Positions 19,101 to 29,287 of a stretch of 62,000 nt of DNA are shown here, piece after piece. A program made the translations under genes and the position numbers. Position 1 is the stretch's first letter. Every line of letters starts with the position of its first letter. Source of the DNA: Hyalangium minutum (lineage in GTDB: Bacteria; Myxococcota; Myxococcia; Myxococcales; Myxococcaceae); NCBI RefSeq assembly GCF_000737315.1, contig NZ_JMCB01000001.1:206001-268000 (forward strand). The letters are read 5' to 3'. Below the pieces are notes generated by a model, which was given only the letters and a program-made list of their open reading frames with translations, searched no databases and was not told where the DNA came from.

Positions 19101-21489
19101 CCAGGCCGAGCCGCGCCACGGGCCCCAGGGTGCGCTTCAGCGCGGTATCGTCCCCGAAGTGCTTCAGTACCTCGTCCACGGTGAGCTCCAGCACCTGCGC
19201 GACGCTGAAGCCCTGGTGCTGGACGGCGAGCACCTCCTCCTTGAAGCGCCGGCCCCGGCAGACGGCGCAGCGCAGCGCCACGTCCGCGAGGAACTGCATC
19301 TCCACCGTCTCGTAGCCCTCGCCCGAGCAGGCCTCGCAGCGGCCCTTGTCCACGTTGAAGGAGAAGTGGGCGGCGGTCAGGCCTCGCACCTCGGCCTCGG
19401 GCTCCGAGGCGAAGCGCTCGCGCAGCCGATCCCAGGCCTTGGTGTACGTGGCGGCATTGCCTCGCGAGGTGCGCCCCAGCGGCGACTGGTCCACGAAGGT
19501 GATGGACTTCACCGTCTCGGCGCCCTCCAGCGCGTCTACCGCCCCAGGGGCCTCGATGTCCTTCTCCCCCAGTCCGCGCGCCAGGTGCCGGTAGAGCACC
19601 TCGTCCATCAGCGTGCTCTTGCCCGAACCACTCGGCCCCGTGATGGCGCACAGCACTCCCAGCGGAACGCGCACCGTCAAACCCTGGAGGTTGTGCTCAT
19701 GGGCATTGCGCACGACCAGCTCCCCCGTGCGCTGCCGAGTCGTGCGCGGCGTCTCCTGCGTCCCCGCCAGGAGCTGACCCGTGGGAAGGTCCGTCCGCTT
19801 CGCCAGGGCCTCGGGCGGACCATCGAAGCACAGCTTCCCGCCGTGCTTGCCCGCGCCAGGCCCCAACTCCAGGACCCGGTGGGCGGAGCGGATGACGTGC
19901 TCGTCCTGCTCGATGACGAGCGTGACGTTCCCTCGCTCCGCCAGCTCGGCCATGGCCTCGGTGAGCGGGCGTACGTCGCTGGGGTGGAGGCCCACGGTGG
20001 GCTCGTCCAGGACGAAGAGGGCCCCCGTGAGCGACGTGCCGAGCGCCGCGGTGAGCGACACGCGCTGGGCCTCGCCTCCGGAGAGCGTCCGCGCGGGCCG
20101 ATCCAGCGTGAGGTAACCCAACCCCACACGCAGCAAGTAGCGGAGCCGGCTGGCCAGCTCCTTGCGCGCCAGCTCGCCCTGGCCGGTGGTGGTGCGCAGC
20201 GACTCCAGGCGCTCGCACGCGTCGGACAGCTCCAGCCGGTGCCAGGCCGCCAGATCCAGCCCCCCCACGCGGTACGCCAGGGCCTGCTCGTTCAGCCGAG
20301 CCCCCTGGCACTTCTCGCAGAGCGAGTACGCCCGGTAGCGCGAGAGCAGCACGCGCACGTGCATCTTGTACGTGCGGCTCTCCATCCATCGGAACCACGC
20401 GCGCACGCCGGGGTACGAGCGCCCATCGTGGTAGTCACCCTCGCCCTCCAGCACCATCTCCCGCTGCTCCGGCTGGAGCGAGCTCCACGGCGTGTCCAGG
20501 GGGATGCCCATGGCCTTGGCGTAGCGGTGGAGCATGTTGCGCTCCCATTCCGAGGTCTTCCCGGACCACGGCCGGATGGCCCCCTGCGCGAGGCTGAGCG
20601 AGGGATTGGGGATGACCTTGTCCCAGTCGATGCCGATGGTGCGCCCGAAGCCCCGGCACGTGGCGCACGCGCCCGTGGGGGACTGGTAGCTGAAGAGCCC
20701 CGGGCGTGCGGGCTCGAACTCACGCGCGCACTTCGGGCACACGAGGCCTCGGCGGATGCGCCGCGTAGCGCCACCGGGGAGGAACAGCATGGCCTCGCCC
20801 TCGCTGCGCGCCCACGCGTCCTCGACCGCCTGGGTAAGGCGGGAGAGCTGCCCCTGCGCCAGCTTCACGCGATCCACCACCACCTGGGCGACGCCCGCGG
20901 AGTCCGTCGCCTCGCTCGGCCGCAGCGCCTCCAGCTCCCGCACCTCGCCCTGCACCACGAGCCGGTGGTAGCCGTCCTTGAGCAGCCGGGCGCGCACATC
21001 GAGGAACTCGGCGGTGCCAGCAATGCGCACGGGCCACGTGAGGATGACCTGCGCGTCCGGGTGCTCGGAGATGGCCGCCGCTGCCGCCACGCGCGCGTCC
21101 GTCCGGACTGCCTCCACGCCACAGGCGGGACATACCGGCATGGCCTCCCGGGTGAAGAGCGCGGAGAGGTAGGCCTCCACGTCCGCCAGCGTGGCCACTG
21201 TGGAGCGCGAGCTCTTCACGGGGGCCCGGCGATCCACTGCCACGCCGGCCGCCACCGGCTCGAGCTGGTCCATGGGCGGCCGCTCCAGCCGCTCGAGGAA
21301 CTGGCGAGCGTACGGGCTGAAGCTCTCCACGAAGCGCCGCTGGCCCTCGGCGTAGAGCGTGTCGAGCGCAAGGCTCGATTTCCCGGCACCGGAGACCCCG
21401 GTGATGCAGACGAGCTCTCCTTCCGAGAGATCCACGGAGAGCGATTGGAGGTTGTGGGTACGGGCGCCTACAAGGTGCGTCTTATGCAT
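16192..21489 (-). CDS. uvrA: Excinuclease ABC subunit A, double-length (two fused UvrA units)
   Basis: 1765 aa; four Walker A motifs ([16 protein letters not shown] x2, GVSGSGKS), four LSGGE signatures, multiple CxxC zinc modules. Confidence 0.95.
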   Translation of the reverse strand: MHKTHLVGARTHNLQSLSVDLSEGELVCITGVSGAGKSSLALDTLYAEGQRRFVESFSPYARQFLERLERPPMDQLEPVAAGVAVDRRAPVKSSRSTVATLADVEAYLSALFTREAMPVCPACGVEAVRTDARVAAAAAISEHPDAQVILTWPVRIAGTAEFLDVRARLLKDGYHRLVVQGEVRELEALRPSEATDSAGVAQVVVDRVKLAQGQLSRLTQAVEDAWARSEGEAMLFLPGGATRRIRRGLVCPKCAREFEPARPGLFSYQSPTGACATCRGFGRTIGIDWDKVIPNPSLSLAQGAIRPWSGKTSEWERNMLHRYAKAMGIPLDTPWSSLQPEQREMVLEGEGDYHDGRSYPGVRAWFRWMESRTYKMHVRVLLSRYRAYSLCEKCQGARLNEQALAYRVGGLDLAAWHRLELSDACERLESLRTTTGQGELARKELASRLRYLLRVGLGYLTLDRPARTLSGGEAQRVSLTAALGTSLTGALFVLDEPTVGLHPSDVRPLTEAMAELAERGNVTLVIEQDEHVIRSAHRVLELGPGAGKHGGKLCFDGPPEALAKRTDLPTGQLLAGTQETPRTTRQRTGELVVRNAHEHNLQGLTVRVPLGVLCAITGPSGSGKSTLMDEVLYRHLARGLGEKDIEAPGAVDALEGAETVKSITFVDQSPLGRTSRGNAATYTKAWDRLRERFASEPEAEVRGLTAAHFSFNVDKGRCEACSGEGYETVEMQFLADVALRCAVCRGRRFKEEVLAVQHQGFSVAQVLELTVDEVLKHFGDDTALKRTLGPVARLGLGYLSLGQPLSTLSGGEAQRLKLARALASEAKGSLFLIDEPSAGLHELDVRHVLAALHELVGRGASVVVVDHDLSVMRGSDWIIDLGPGGGRHGGRLVAEGTPAELAKGSGLTAAALREESTGARRPAKPRKAAAGSPAIEVEHAREHNLQEISCRIPLGKMTVVTGPSGSGKSSLAFDVVFAEGQRRFLETLTPYARQFLPTMPRPDVERISSIPPTVALEQRTSRAGATSTVATVTEVAHYLRLLFAKLGQPHCPNDDSPIASTSPDALYAQLTESKGDGTVLAPAVRARKGTYLDLFAAAARAGITTAIVDGQIANTDNPPRLTKTREHDIDLVMYEGKLAKLPRPVFDRALGWGQGALKVRSAKGETLLSTERTCPRCGTAVPELDPRWFSFNTKQGRCEACEGTGVEGGAEAIAEGHTAPCRTCQGSRLSPVPRAVRLENARYHEVVQNSVTATLARVQGWKFRGDRALIGEPSRQELVRRLEFLDRVGLGYLSLDRAAATLSGGEMQRLRLSAQLGAGLTGALYVLDEPTIGLHPRDTHRLLSNLRALVDTGSSVLVVEHDTDTIRAADHLIDLGPTGGRGGGRILAEGAPEDVLQREDSPTAKALRASQIRPPSTRGEPQKWLELKGARANNLKRVDLRLPVRRLTVVSGVSGSGKSTLIRQVLYPALREKLGLVGPKPGPFESLHGVEAISRVLAVDQSPIGRTPRSVPATFLGIWDELRRAFAATPEAKIRGFGPARFSFNTAAGGRCPACEGQGAISHEMAFLPDVVTPCEVCGGARFDAATLEVRYHGLTIGEVLRLSADEAKEVFRALPKVAAPLECLSDLGVGYLQLGQGSNTLSGGEAQRLKLAAELTANSRHEPTLYVLDEPTTGLHLGDVDRLITFLGRLVDRGDTLVVIEHHPSVIASAEHVVELGPEGGEEGGRIVAEGTPRELCKMKTATGRVLKALFAQGEERKARATAR

Positions 21490-21602
21490 GGAGGCCGCGT
21501 CATTTAACGGCTGGATTGGCTCTCGCCAAGCTTATCCATCAGGTTGGATCCCCAGGCGGACGGTGGCCTGCCTACTCCCTCGTCGAGGAGCCTCCCCATC
21601 CC

Positions 21603-21638
21603 AAAAGAAAGGGCCGCCACGCTCGCGCGTAACGGCCC
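21603..21638 (-). terminator. Intrinsic terminator of the TonB-dependent receptor gene
   Basis: Minus strand GGGCCGTTACGC-GCGA-GCGTGGCGGCCC: 12-bp stem with two G-U pairs and a GNRA loop, followed by TTTCTTTT, about 25 nt after the stop. Confidence 0.75.
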
Positions 21639-21663
21639 TGGGAACTTCAGACCTCGGACTGGC

Positions 21664-24600
21664 CTAGTAGTAGTTGTAGGTCAGGCGCAGGTAGAAGTAG
21701 CGGCCCATGTAGTCGTAGGTCGACGCGTCCGAGGACGCGAGGAACCCGTTGGCCACCAGCACCGGCTTGGTGTTGAACAGGTTGTTCACACCGAACTGCG
21801 CGCCCGCGGTGCCGCTCTTCAGCTCCAGATCGTACGACACGTTCGCGTCGAACGTGTAGTAGTCCTGCACCATGCGGGAGATCGGCTGCACCGCGTTCGG
21901 ATCCGACTCGTCGAACTGGCAGCTGTTGAACTCGCACTCCTTGAAGCCGTTGATGAAGCGCATGTTCACCGCAGCGGCCAGCGAGTCCCTGGCCCAGTTC
22001 AGTCCCACGTTCGCGCGCCAGTTGGTGTATACGCCGTCCAGATCGTAGTTGCCCTTGGCCTTGATGACGTCTCCGTTGGCCAGCGTCCGGTCGAACTTCT
22101 GCAGCCAGGTCGCGTCCGCGCTCACGCCCACGCGGCCAAACGGCGTCTGCGGCGAGTAGCGGATGGAGAAGTCCAGGCCGCCCGTCTTGTCGCCACCCAC
22201 GTTGGTGAGCGGGTCGGAGATGTCCACGATGTAGCCGTCCGTGTCGCGAGTGATGCGCTCGCAGTACTGCGACGAAGCCGGGCCACCCGCCGAGTAGCAA
22301 CTGTTGAGGATCACGTCGGCGGTCAGGTTGGTGATCGCGTTGTCCACGTTGATCAGGTAGTAGTCCACCGTGGCGGTGACATCCTTCGCGAACCGCGGCT
22401 CGAACACCGCGCCCACCGTGAAGATCTCGGCGGTCTCCGGCTTCAGGTTGACGTTGCCGCCCAGCCGCGTGCGCTGCTGGCTGCGATCATCCGAGAAGTC
22501 TTCCGGAACCGCCTGCGCGTTGCAGACCGCATCCACCCCAGTGCCCGACTCGCGGTCCGAGCACGGGTCCACCACCTCCGGGAAGCCGTCCGTCTGGCCC
22601 AGGTAGAGCTCGTTCACGGAGGGCGCGCGGAAGGCCGTGGAGTACGTGGCGCGCAGCGTGAAGTCCGGGATCGGGCTCACGCGGGTGCCAAACTTGTACG
22701 TGAAGTCCGAGCCGAACGTGTTGTAGCTGAACACGCGCGCGGCGCCCGTCACTTCCACGATGTCCCGCAGCTCGTTCGTTTCGGGGTTGATCTCACCGAA
22801 GAGGGGCACGGACAGCTCGGCGTAGGCCTCGTTCACATAGAAGCGGCCCTCCGTGGAGTTCTCCTTGGTGCCCGTGGTGTCACCCGCGGCCGTCAGCGGA
22901 TCCGGAATGTAGGAACCACCCTCGCGGCGGTGCTCGTAACCGAGCGCCAGACCCGAAGAGTGCGCCGTCGGAGTGACCTTGAACAGCTCGCCCGCGAAAT
23001 TCGCCGACAGCGACGTCTGCTGGGTGAAGCCGCGCGTGGTGCCCCGGAAGCTCAGGTAGTCGGCCATCTCCTTGGAGATGGTGCCCTCGCCGCCGAACAG
23101 GTTCAGCGGGACGCAAGCATCCGGATCGATCGGAGCCTCGGGTGTGCCGCACACGGCCTTGCCCGACGCGTTCATGAAGCTCGGGCCGAGCGCCGCCGCC
23201 AGCCGGCTGAGCCGCAGCGTGCCCTGCTTGGTCGTGACGCCCTGCGTACGGCCGTAGTTGTAGGCCACATCCCAGTGCCAGTCCTGCAGCGCGCCGAAGT
23301 CCTGGTCCAGCTTGCCCTCCAGGCCGGTGACGACGCGGAAGGTCGTCAGGTCCTGTGCGTAGTCACGGGTGCCGAACTCATTCAGGCGGCGGCGAACATC
23401 CACGAAGTCACGGCCGAACGGGTTGTAGACGTTGCCCGCCGAGACGGTCAGCCCCTCGGTCGAGGTGAAGAGCGGCTCGGAGGCGAGCTTCTGCTTCGAC
23501 TGGCGGTTGGTGTAGCTGGCCTCGTAGAAGGCGCGAGTACCCGCTCCGAGCCGCAGACCGCCCGTGGTGTACAGGTGCGCGCGCTCCTGCGGCGTCACCA
23601 GGTAGTTGTCGGGCTGGTAGTTGAAGTAGTCACCCCCCGCGTCCTCCACGCCAATGGTGTTGAAAGGCCGGAACTCTCCCGTCCGCCGGTCGATCGTGAA
23701 GACGCTGGCGTCCGGGTAGCGCGCCGTCAGAGCATCCCAGGCCCCGTTGCCTCCCGTGGCGCCACGCGTGAGGAACACGCCCATCGGCGTGGACGAGCTG
23801 CCCTCCGTGGAAATCTGGCGCGAGGCGAAGTCGTAGAACGTGTCGTACTTGCTGAACTGCCGGTCCCCGGCGAACACGTCCTTCTGCGTGTAGTAGCCCG
23901 CGGTGAACAGGATGTTGCCGCGCTCGGTGCTCTGGCCCGTCGTCAGGCTCAGGTCATACAGCAGACCGTCACCGTGCGAGGACAAACCGGAGAACGCACG
24001 CAGCTCGGTGCCCGAGTAGTCCTTGCGGGTGATGATGTTCACCACGCCCGCGATGGCGTCCGAGCCGTACACCGCCGAGCCACCGTCTTTAAGGATCTCG
24101 ATGCGCTGGATGGCCGCGGTGGGGATGGAGTTCAGGTCCACCGTGGCATCGGCGCCCGTACCACCGGCCACGTGGCGGCGGCCGTTGAGCAGCACCAGCG
24201 TACGGCCCGTGCCCAGGCCGCGCAGGTTCACGCGCGTGGCACCGTCGCCGCCGTTGTTGTACTGCGTGTTGATGGCGTTGGACTGCTCCGGGAGGCTCTG
24301 GAGGATTTCACCGATGGACGTCTTGCCCGTCTTCTCGAGCTGCGCCTTGTCGAGCACCGTCACGGGCGCCGCCGTCGTCAGCTCCTTGCGCGGAATGCGC
24401 GAGCCGGTGACGACGATCTCCTCGATGTACTCCTCGGGCGGCGGCTCCTCGGCCGCAGGCGGCGGCGCCTTGGGGGCGGGCTTGAGGGCTGGCTTGGGGG
24501 CCGGCTTGGCCTGGGGCTGCGCGGCGGGCGCGGCCGGCTGGGCCTCCGGCGTTGCCTCGATGGGCTGCGGGACGGGAGTGGCGGGCTGAGCCGCGGCGGG

Positions 24601-24765
24601 CGCCGGAGGAGTGGCCTCCTGGACCGCCGGAGCCGCAGCAGGCGCCTCTTGCGCCGCAGCGACCCCGCCGGTCCCGGAGATGAGCACTGCCAGCGCCAAA
24701 ACTGTCTTCTTCCGAGCGGACTGCTTCGACACCTTGCACCTCTTGCTGGTGTGGTCTTGAGACAT
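21664..24765 (-). CDS. TonB-dependent receptor
   Basis: TonB box EEIVVTGSRI, plug motifs VNLRGLG and IQRIEILKDGGSAVYGSDAIAGVVNII, C-terminal YDYMGRYFYLRLTYNYY; alternative GTG start at 24732 after AAGAGG. Confidence 0.95.
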   Translation of the reverse strand: MSQDHTSKRCKVSKQSARKKTVLALAVLISGTGGVAAAQEAPAAAPAVQEATPPAPAAAQPATPVPQPIEATPEAQPAAPAAQPQAKPAPKPALKPAPKAPPPAAEEPPPEEYIEEIVVTGSRIPRKELTTAAPVTVLDKAQLEKTGKTSIGEILQSLPEQSNAINTQYNNGGDGATRVNLRGLGTGRTLVLLNGRRHVAGGTGADATVDLNSIPTAAIQRIEILKDGGSAVYGSDAIAGVVNIITRKDYSGTELRAFSGLSSHGDGLLYDLSLTTGQSTERGNILFTAGYYTQKDVFAGDRQFSKYDTFYDFASRQISTEGSSSTPMGVFLTRGATGGNGAWDALTARYPDASVFTIDRRTGEFRPFNTIGVEDAGGDYFNYQPDNYLVTPQERAHLYTTGGLRLGAGTRAFYEASYTNRQSKQKLASEPLFTSTEGLTVSAGNVYNPFGRDFVDVRRRLNEFGTRDYAQDLTTFRVVTGLEGKLDQDFGALQDWHWDVAYNYGRTQGVTTKQGTLRLSRLAAALGPSFMNASGKAVCGTPEAPIDPDACVPLNLFGGEGTISKEMADYLSFRGTTRGFTQQTSLSANFAGELFKVTPTAHSSGLALGYEHRREGGSYIPDPLTAAGDTTGTKENSTEGRFYVNEAYAELSVPLFGEINPETNELRDIVEVTGAARVFSYNTFGSDFTYKFGTRVSPIPDFTLRATYSTAFRAPSVNELYLGQTDGFPEVVDPCSDRESGTGVDAVCNAQAVPEDFSDDRSQQRTRLGGNVNLKPETAEIFTVGAVFEPRFAKDVTATVDYYLINVDNAITNLTADVILNSCYSAGGPASSQYCERITRDTDGYIVDISDPLTNVGGDKTGGLDFSIRYSPQTPFGRVGVSADATWLQKFDRTLANGDVIKAKGNYDLDGVYTNWRANVGLNWARDSLAAAVNMRFINGFKECEFNSCQFDESDPNAVQPISRMVQDYYTFDANVSYDLELKSGTAGAQFGVNNLFNTKPVLVANGFLASSDASTYDYMGRYFYLRLTYNYY

Positions 24766-24790
24766 GGATCAGGGCTTTCCGTGTGCGGGA

Positions 24791-25186
24791 TTAGAACGGC
24801 GCGAGCAGCGGCTCGCCTTTGAGGCAGTTCGGATCGAACTTCCCCGCCTCAAAGACGGCTGCGCAGTACGCGGTCATGCAGTCGACGAACTCCGTCTGCG
24901 CCTCCGCGCAGCCTGCGAATTCCGCGTCACAGATCGACTTGGAGTTCGACTCCCAGCAATCCAGATGCTTCTGGAAAGAGGCGTCGCAGCTCTGTTGTCC
25001 CGCTGCTACAGCGCGCTCGTTGAACTTCTCCACGTCGGCGCAGTACTCGGGGCAGTCGACATCCACCGCCCGCTCACTGACCGTGCACGCGTTGGCCTCC
25101 CCGCAAACGGCTTCGCACTTGCTGGAACAACCGGTGACGAGGCCCATCACCGCCAGCAGACCCGCTGTCCAAACCACAACTCTCAC
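24791..25186 (-). CDS. Small cysteine-rich lipoprotein
   Basis: GTG 25186 after GGAGG; hydrophobic signal with lipobox LVTGC; 12 further Cys in the mature part. Confidence 0.75.
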   Translation of the reverse strand: MRVVVWTAGLLAVMGLVTGCSSKCEAVCGEANACTVSERAVDVDCPEYCADVEKFNERAVAAGQQSCDASFQKHLDCWESNSKSICDAEFAGCAEAQTEFVDCMTAYCAAVFEAGKFDPNCLKGEPLLAPF

Positions 25187-25222
25187 GCTGACCCCTCCCA
25201 GGGATTGTCTTGAAGCAAACGC

Positions 25223-25252
25223 ATTGTGACTGTGACGAGATTGGAACGTCAA
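25223..25252 (-). promoter_or_regulatory. Sigma70-like promoter upstream of the Cys-rich lipoprotein
   Basis: Minus strand TTGACG-N18-CACAAT, about 36 nt upstream of the GTG. Confidence 0.4.
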
Positions 25253-25328
25253 CCCAGGGCGTCCATATCGGTCCTGATTGAACTCCAACCTCCGAAGTCC
25301 CTGCGCCTGGGAGTGTTCAGGCCACCTG

Positions 25329-26639
25329 TCAGGTGAAGAAACGCCGGAGCACGGCGATCATCGCCGCCACATCCGAGGCCGCGGCCAGCTCGCGGATGGA
25401 GTGCATGGAGAGCATGGGGCTCCCCACGTCCACCGTGCGGATGCCCAGCGCCGCGGCGGTGATGGGGCCAATGGTGCTGCCGCAGCCCAGGTCCGTCCGT
25501 GTCACGAAGTGCTGAGGCGTCACGCCCGCCTCCCGGCACAGCGCCGCGAAGAACGCCCAGGTCTCTCCATCCGTCGCATAAGACTGGTTGACATTGGATT
25601 TGATCACAGGGCCGCCGCCCATCAGCGGCTGATGCCTGGGCTCGTGGAGCGCGGAGTAGTTGGGGTGCACGGCGTGCGCCATGTCCGCAGACACCATGTA
25701 CGAATGGCGGATGGCACGGTGGAACGCATCCGCGCGCCCATCCGAGTGCCCCAGAACGAGGCGCTCCAGGCAGTCACGCAGGAAGGTGCCCGCGGCGCCT
25801 TGAGCGCTGCGGCTGCCCACCTCCTCGTGATCGTACAGGACGATGCCCGAGGTGGCCTCGCCCGCCTTCTCCATCGCCAGCAGCGAGGACAGCGCCGAGT
25901 AGCAGCTTGCCAGGTTGTCCAGGCGCGGCGCGTGGAGGAACTCGCCGTTCGCCCCCGAGCGCGTGGAGGGCTGCGTGTCATAGAGGCACAAGTCGTAGCC
26001 GAGGATGTCCCCTGCCTCGGCGCGGACATTGCCCGCCGCCAGTTCCTGCACCAGGAGCGCGCGCAGCTCCGCCGGGCCCGCCTTCTCCAGGCCCAGCACG
26101 GGGACCATGTGGTCCTGCGCGTTGAGCTTGAGTCCATCCGTGTTGACGGTGCGGTTGAGGTGGATGGCCAGGTTGGGCACGCGCAGCAGCGGGCGGCGGA
26201 AGTCCACCAGATGGCCCTCGGGACGGCCGCCGGAGAGCAGCATGACTCGGCCCGCCAGGGAGAGATCTCGATCCATCCACGTGCTCAGCAGCACCCCGCC
26301 GTAAATCTCCACGCCGAGCTGGTGGTAGCCCAGCTTGGACACAGCGGCGTTGGGCTTGAGGCGCAGGTTGGGCGAGTCCGTGTGCGAGCCCACCAGCCGG
26401 AAGCCAGCGCGATCCACGGGCGCCGTGCCCAGGTGGAACGCGGCGATGCTCGTGCCCGCGCGGGTGACGTACACCTTGTCTCCGGGCTGGAGCGTCCAGG
26501 GCTCCCGCTCGTCCAGCGCGCGGTAGCCAAGCTGGGTGAGGCGGCGGGCCGTCTCGCGCACCGCATGGTACGGGGTGGGCGAGGCGTCGATGTACGCAAG
26601 GATGTCCTTGGCCGTGGCGTCCGTGTCGATGGGGCTCAT
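25329..26639 (-). CDS. M18 family aminopeptidase (aspartyl aminopeptidase-like)
   Basis: SPTPYHAV, GSHTDSP, RLDNLASC, DHEEVGS, SADMAHAVHPNY, SMHSIRE. Confidence 0.95.
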   Translation of the reverse strand: MSPIDTDATAKDILAYIDASPTPYHAVRETARRLTQLGYRALDEREPWTLQPGDKVYVTRAGTSIAAFHLGTAPVDRAGFRLVGSHTDSPNLRLKPNAAVSKLGYHQLGVEIYGGVLLSTWMDRDLSLAGRVMLLSGGRPEGHLVDFRRPLLRVPNLAIHLNRTVNTDGLKLNAQDHMVPVLGLEKAGPAELRALLVQELAAGNVRAEAGDILGYDLCLYDTQPSTRSGANGEFLHAPRLDNLASCYSALSSLLAMEKAGEATSGIVLYDHEEVGSRSAQGAAGTFLRDCLERLVLGHSDGRADAFHRAIRHSYMVSADMAHAVHPNYSALHEPRHQPLMGGGPVIKSNVNQSYATDGETWAFFAALCREAGVTPQHFVTRTDLGCGSTIGPITAAALGIRTVDVGSPMLSMHSIRELAAASDVAAMIAVLRRFFT

Positions 26640-26650
26640 GGCCCCGCAGG

Positions 26651-27469
26651 CTAGCGCCCCTTCCGCCCGAGGCCACCGGAAACCTGCCGCCCCTGTTGGG
26701 GTGGCGCCAGTGCGGTGCTGCGGCGGTGCTCCTGGGGTGCATCCAAGAACGTGCCGAGAAGCACCCAGCGTCGCGCCGCGTCCTGGGCGCCGGGCCTGGC
26801 CACCAGAGGCGTGGTGTAGTGCCAGAAGGGCAGCCGGTACACCGTCATCCCGCCCAAGGTGTTGACGCTGGCGATCTCCGAGAAGTGTCCTCCCTTGGCG
26901 TAGACGAGCCACTGGTGCGCCACGGCCGGGGTGGCCAGGGTGAGGTGCATGTCCACGTACCCGTCGCGGGCCTCGAGGTCCTCGGGGTGGTGATCATTGT
27001 GCGGGCCGGTGTAGTCCCCGGGCCCGTAGCACAGAGCCTGGATGCCCCAGTTGCGCCGCAGCGCACGTCCACTCACGGCGGCGGCGAAGGCCCCGAAGCT
27101 CTCCGAGCGCAGCATGGCCGTGAGCCCCACCCGCTCGGCCGCGCGCCACGAGCGGGAGCGGCGGCTTCCGAGCAGCGCCGTCCGTACGCGCACCGCCTTG
27201 GGCAGCAATTCCGAGTAGTTCTCCGTCATCCCCAGCAGGCTCTCGGGGGGAATCGGATCATCCATCTGCGTGAGCGTGCCGAGCAGTTCCTCCTCCAGCG
27301 CATCGCGGCAGGCGGCGGCCTTCTTTGCGTCGACGACCCCCGTCAACGAGATGAAGCGCTGCGGCGGCACTCGGAGCAGTGCGCCACAGACTTTTTCGTC
27401 TTGTCCTTTGAGAATCCGGAGGCCCTTGGGGGTCAGGAGGTCGGCAAAATCGGAAGGGAACATGGGCAT
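26651..27469 (-). CDS. Putative 2OG-Fe(II) oxygenase
   Basis: CYGPGDYTGPHND (HxD), distal WHYTTP and RRWVLLG. Confidence 0.65.
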   Translation of the reverse strand: MPMFPSDFADLLTPKGLRILKGQDEKVCGALLRVPPQRFISLTGVVDAKKAAACRDALEEELLGTLTQMDDPIPPESLLGMTENYSELLPKAVRVRTALLGSRRSRSWRAAERVGLTAMLRSESFGAFAAAVSGRALRRNWGIQALCYGPGDYTGPHNDHHPEDLEARDGYVDMHLTLATPAVAHQWLVYAKGGHFSEIASVNTLGGMTVYRLPFWHYTTPLVARPGAQDAARRWVLLGTFLDAPQEHRRSTALAPPQQGRQVSGGLGRKGR

Positions 27470-27528
27470 GGCAACTTTCACCCAGACTGTCAGATAATGC
27501 TCCCAACGTCTTCCCCCGGAGCTCTTCC

Positions 27529-28245
27529 ATGGATCCCATCGGCCGCCGCCCCAGTGCCCTCCCTTCTCTTCCCACGGCTGCTCCGGCGGAGACCCGCCCT
27601 GCTGCGGCCCCCGTGAAGGCGGCCGCCACGAACGCCGTGAGCCAGCTGCAGCGCAGCAGCTTCGAGGCCCCGGTGGCGAAGGCCGCAGCGGCTCAGCCGA
27701 TGCCGGGCGCATGGCGCGGTGGGCCGGACACGCCGGTGGGCAAGGCGATCGCCGGGATGGTCGAGCGGATGCGCGCCTCGGACGCGTCGGGCATCAAGAT
27801 CAAGGGAGACACGATGGAGAGCCTGTTCACGCGGGCCATCCTGGACAACAAGCACGTGTCGAATGATCAGCTGCTGGCCATCACCCAGGTGAAGCTGGAC
27901 CAGCTGGCCACCAGCCCCGAGGATCGCGCCAAGGTGCTGCAGAAGGTGCCCAACGCCCGGGAGCTGCCGGTGCACAAGTTCACGGTGGGCATGCTCGCGG
28001 CGGCCACGGGCATTGATCCGAAGGCGCTCTCCGAGGCCTGCCCGGATCTGGGCCTGACGGGCGCGCCGGGCACCCCGCTGCTGTACGCGGCGAAGACGGA
28101 GCGGATGCAGCGCTCCACCGCGCTCCACGACTTCACGGACTACCTGCGCGGCGCGGGCGTGAAGGGCATGAACAAGGCCGTCTGGGGGGTGGAGAACCGC
28201 ATCCTCTCGGCCGCCGTGAGCGCGCTCGGCGGTGGGCGCTACTAA
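27529..28245 (+). CDS. Hypothetical protein with Ala/Pro-rich N-terminus and helical C-terminal domain
   Basis: 238 aa ORF with GC-rich coding-like codon pattern; no signal peptide or recognised motif. Confidence 0.7.
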   Translation: MDPIGRRPSALPSLPTAAPAETRPAAAPVKAAATNAVSQLQRSSFEAPVAKAAAAQPMPGAWRGGPDTPVGKAIAGMVERMRASDASGIKIKGDTMESLFTRAILDNKHVSNDQLLAITQVKLDQLATSPEDRAKVLQKVPNARELPVHKFTVGMLAAATGIDPKALSEACPDLGLTGAPGTPLLYAAKTERMQRSTALHDFTDYLRGAGVKGMNKAVWGVENRILSAAVSALGGGRY

Positions 28246-28359
28246 CTAACAGCGGCTCGTGGGCGGCAACATCTCGGGATGGAAGATCCCGAGTGGTTCC
28301 CACACATATTGGTCGATGGGCACCCAGGAGATGTATCTGAGGGGGTGTTTCTCGGCATG
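28246..28359 (-). pseudogene. 3' remnant of a CxxCG-type immunity gene
   Basis: About 37 codons (SHAEKHPLRYISWVPIDQYVWEPLG...stop) with no start; resembles the C-terminus of the immunity protein at 52074..52766 ([22 protein letters not shown]). Confidence 0.45.
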
Positions 28360-28360
28360 G

Positions 28361-29287
28361 CTACGGCAGTAGGTCGAGAAAGCGGCGCTCCCAGCGCTGG
28401 GTGTCCTCCTCGGACTGGCCGAGCATCCTTCCTCTGGGATCGCGGAAGAGCCACGGCTCCAGGACTTGAGCCAGCTCGCGGTAGGCTGGGAGCGTGTCGC
28501 CTCGCTCAATGTCGCCGGCCTCGGGCCATGCGCCCAGGGTGACGAGCACCTTGTCCCCTTCCATCTCCTGGACCGTGGTGCCGAGGCCGTGGAGCCGTGC
28601 GCGCAGCCCCGCAGCGCCTCCAAGCTGTCCCAGCACGGGCTGGCCCAGGAACGTGAGCCAGTGCGGACCTCTCACGCCGGTTCCGACCTCCCAGGAGAGG
28701 GACTCGGGCGAGTCGTAGACGTCGATGCCCGGATAGCGAAGCCAGTAACGGGCCACTTCGCGCCGGACTCCCACCAGCGCGTACTCGGCATTGAAGGACA
28801 GGCCCCCGTGCCCGGAGCAGAGGGGGAGAGGAGCAGCCAGTCCCATGGCCAGCTCTCGCACTCGCCCTGGGCCATGCTCCTCCAGGAACTCCGTGGGCAG
28901 CCAGAAAGTTGCCGCACACACCGGGCCCGGTCTGTGCCCCTCATGGAGCGCTTCAAGGTTCTTTTTGCCCCAGTAGTCGAAGCGATACCGGCTCTCGGTA
29001 TCGGAGCCGTCCCTCAACCGGATCATGGGAGACTGACTCTCACCTAGCTCTCGCCGAGTGATTTCCCAGCCCCGTTCGTCGAGCGGCTGCGGCTCTCCCT
29101 CATCATCCATGTACCAACCCAGCGCCTGCGGCCCAACGGCACGCAGGTACACCTCCAGAGAACGGAGGACGTTCTCGACGATCTGCAGGTGTGAATGACG
29201 CATGTAGAAGCTGATGCTCAGCCCCTCGCGGACCAACTCGAAGCCATTTTTGGCCCGGACACGTATCCGCGGGTAGCGCTCGCTCAT
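28361..29287 (-). CDS. DUF3396 / TsiV-type immunity protein
   Basis: SISFYM, TFWLPTEFLEEHGPGRVRELA, LRYPGIDV, GPHWLTFLG, LGAWPEAGD; 4-nt overlap with the upstream toxin stop. Confidence 0.8.
   Translation of the reverse strand: MSERYPRIRVRAKNGFELVREGLSISFYMRHSHLQIVENVLRSLEVYLRAVGPQALGWYMDDEGEPQPLDERGWEITRRELGESQSPMIRLRDGSDTESRYRFDYWGKKNLEALHEGHRPGPVCAATFWLPTEFLEEHGPGRVRELAMGLAAPLPLCSGHGGLSFNAEYALVGVRREVARYWLRYPGIDVYDSPESLSWEVGTGVRGPHWLTFLGQPVLGQLGGAAGLRARLHGLGTTVQEMEGDKVLVTLGAWPEAGDIERGDTLPAYRELAQVLEPWLFRDPRGRMLGQSEEDTQRWERRFLDLLP

Noticed and set aside
21544-24822. 1092-aa plus-strand ORF
   Set aside because: Antisense shadow of the TonB-dependent receptor; no motifs, typical of GC-rich DNA.
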